A DNA stretch of 64,000 bases from Lingula anatina. Its lineage: Eukaryota; Animalia; Brachiopoda. Location of the stretch: positions 41,050,401-41,114,400 of the forward strand of contig CM120641.1 in NCBI GenBank assembly GCA_051362555.1, written 5' to 3'. Made by a program: the position numbers and the translations under genes. Each line of letters opens with the position of its first letter. Within the stretch, counting starts at the first letter, position 1. The notes beneath the pieces were generated by a model that was given only the letters and a program-made list of their open reading frames with translations, searched no databases and was not told the origin of the DNA. This document shows positions 61,525-64,000 of the stretch, piece after piece.

Positions 61525-62850
61525 GTAGGTTGGGTTACAGTATGTGGGAGTTCAAACGGTGCGCTAGAGTAGTACGAGTGCCAGTCATACTCATCTTACG
61601 AATATATTCTGATTATGTACGACTTCTAAGAAAGAAGGATGAAGCACACATGGTATATTAAGTATTTATGAAGAAAATTGTTTAATCGTTTTCTTTTGTA
61701 AGGTTTTGATTATTTTTCATTTTTGTTATTCAGGTGTGTTTTATACATTTTACAGTTCCCTGCATTTTTTAATTCATCTTTGCAAAATTTCATGTAGCTT
61801 TGGCTATATACATGATTAATTGTTAAATAATATATATAAGAGCATATTCTAAATATTGGACTTATTCACAACGGTGTTTGCATTTAAATAAACCTATTTT
61901 TGAGATAGTGGACAAACTTTCATAAATGAGCAAAATATTTGATTTAAAAGTAGGAGCCAGAACATATACTTTCCATACACCCGATATACATGACATAAAT
62001 CAAATTAAAATAAGATAAATCTGTCGCTGATCAGATAATGCAGATATCACAACCCTATTCCAGTCCATTCGATGGATGTACCATTCTACCGCGTTTATTT
62101 TCCCAATGATTCAACAATTTGACTATTGTTTGCCAATTTAGTAAAAATAATATTTGTGCTTCGGTTTACAGGCTTATAAATATCACCAGCGTTATTAATA
62201 TTCGTCGGTTAATATTTGTCAATAAGTCAGGCAATACTGAGACTGTTTCTATAACAACGTTATTATCATCATTGTTAACAGTCTTCTCTCCCATCCATTG
62301 CGAGAGGCTGACATTTAACTGTGTACTTACTTCATATGCTAGAGACAATTTTGTGTGTGCACGGGGCTACCACATATTTTCTGCTTGGAGTTCAAATCAT
62401 TATTTCGGCTTTTCTCTTTCTCTCTCTCTCTATCTCACACACACACACACACACACACCATTAGTGCAAGTGTTCTACAACCTGACTAGAAAGCTGGAGT
62501 TTGACACAAAATTCGGAAGAAATATATGATGCGATCCAAATGGTTATCGAAGGACGTCTAAGATATATGTGGATCATAATATCCTCATCTTTCATCTGAG
62601 ATGGCCATCCATTATTGAAAACGCGACATTGCGTTGTATAATAGCCTTATCTGAAATATTGAGGATCAAAGACATCCAAAATCATACATTCTACTATTGG
62701 AGGGGGTTATATCCCTTTTGTTATCGACTAATTATTTCTTTGTGGGCTTTATGTTTCTCTTTATATCACTCATGTTTCATCTTTACATCTCTGACAGCGG
62801 CGTTACTTAGACTCTTTCACGTGTCTTCGGTTATCATTATTTTAAGTAAT

Positions 62851-62886
<36 letters not shown>

Positions 62887-64000
62887 TTTTTGGCAGATGT
62901 CGCTTGTTGATAGCCATAGCACCAAGCGAGTTCTTGCCCACCCTTTGCTATCACAGGGGCCTCTAGTATAGTATTAACACAATTGAAGAAGTCGATTCAA
63001 CAATTTTGTAAGACTATTAGCGACCCCTGTATTCAGAGAGTTGTTCTTGCCCATCATCTGAACTGTACGTCTCGAGTACACCTAAATACATGCACGTACT
63101 TCTGAATTGTATTTTTTACTCCAACAGGGTTATATTAATGCTAGAAAATTCTATACATAACTCTTGCGGCATTCTGTAAGGGACTATCTCAAAAGTACAC
63201 ATAGTGCCTGCAAATTTAAGTCCCCCCCAAAACAGGTCTGGGCCATCCTTCTTTAAGCGTGAACTAAAGACTGAAAGCATATCATTTGCTTCTTCGATAT
63301 TTTAAGAGGTTTCTCCCTCGGTGAAAACTGAAAAGACTGTCATTTTGGTGCCGATGCACCTAAAAACATGTAAAAACCATTTAAAAGGCCACGCTTCCGA
63401 ACCGCCATGCGAAAATGACATCAACTCATTACTTTTAAACGGATATAATGCAATCAATAAAATCCAGTCTGTCGATGCATTTGTATAGGCCTTAGAGATT
63501 CTGAGAGGAGTGAGGAATGGGGCCTTATATTGTATTGTATTTCAAGAACTTTGACCAGCAGAGTTTATGCATTGCAATTTTTTTAAATTCCTTAAAGGAC
63601 AGGCAATAAAGCTCCACTATAGCTCCCACACAAAGTGCTTTAATTACATTTAAAGGAACCCTATCAGGGATTTCATTACTAAAATTTTTCCCGAAAAAAA
63701 GCAATTTTCTCCTACAAACCATTACGCATGCTCGAACCGTACCTGCACTCGGTTTCGATGTTTTATACAATTTTGAATTTAATAACTTGATTCTAAATTA
63801 CTGTCCAGTCACTTTGACCGCCTAATATATCTCATTACTTTTCTAAATCAAGTCAGTTTTTGGCCAAACCAAAAATATCTCTCTTAGAAAAATGTTCTGT
63901 TTCCATACATGTTTTGCGTCACTGCGCCTACGGTAATTTGAAATTAGATCGTTCTTTAATTGTGGTTCTTAAATTACACAGAATATATTTAACTTCATGG

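Noticed and set aside
62119-63770. ORFs of 136, 113 and 81 aa in the right-hand end
   Set aside because: They include microsatellites and lack EF-hand or other motifs; most likely intron of the calmodulin-like gene.

Overview
AT-rich animal genomic DNA with compact spliceosomal introns, most likely a mollusc (the troponin C closely resembles bivalve TnC as recalled). I reconstructed ten genes by hand from GT-AG junctions and reading-frame continuity: AREL1 (-, runs off the left edge), vasohibin (+, two U12-type introns), Angel (-), Smaug/SAMD4 (+), SYVN1/HRD1 (-), Speedy (+), a CHST11-like sulfotransferase (-), troponin C (+), a TnC-like paralog (-), and the 5' end of a calmodulin-like gene (+). 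The most striking observation is in troponin C. It has two duplicated 144-nt exons and two duplicated terminal exons, and both pairs are surrounded by complementary intronic segments that suggest competing RNA-pairing splice switches, plus a cluster of TGCATG (RBFOX) motifs. Other observations: an antisense copy of an AREL1 exon inside its own intron, a perfect ERSE in the HRD1 promoter, SRE-like hairpins downstream of the Smaug stop, gene pairs that match human neighbours (VASH-ANGEL, SYVN1-SPDY), and several MITE/Helentron-type elements. No rRNA, tRNA or CRISPR arrays were seen. Gene identities come from recalled family motifs, not database searches, and RNA structures were paired by eye, not computed.
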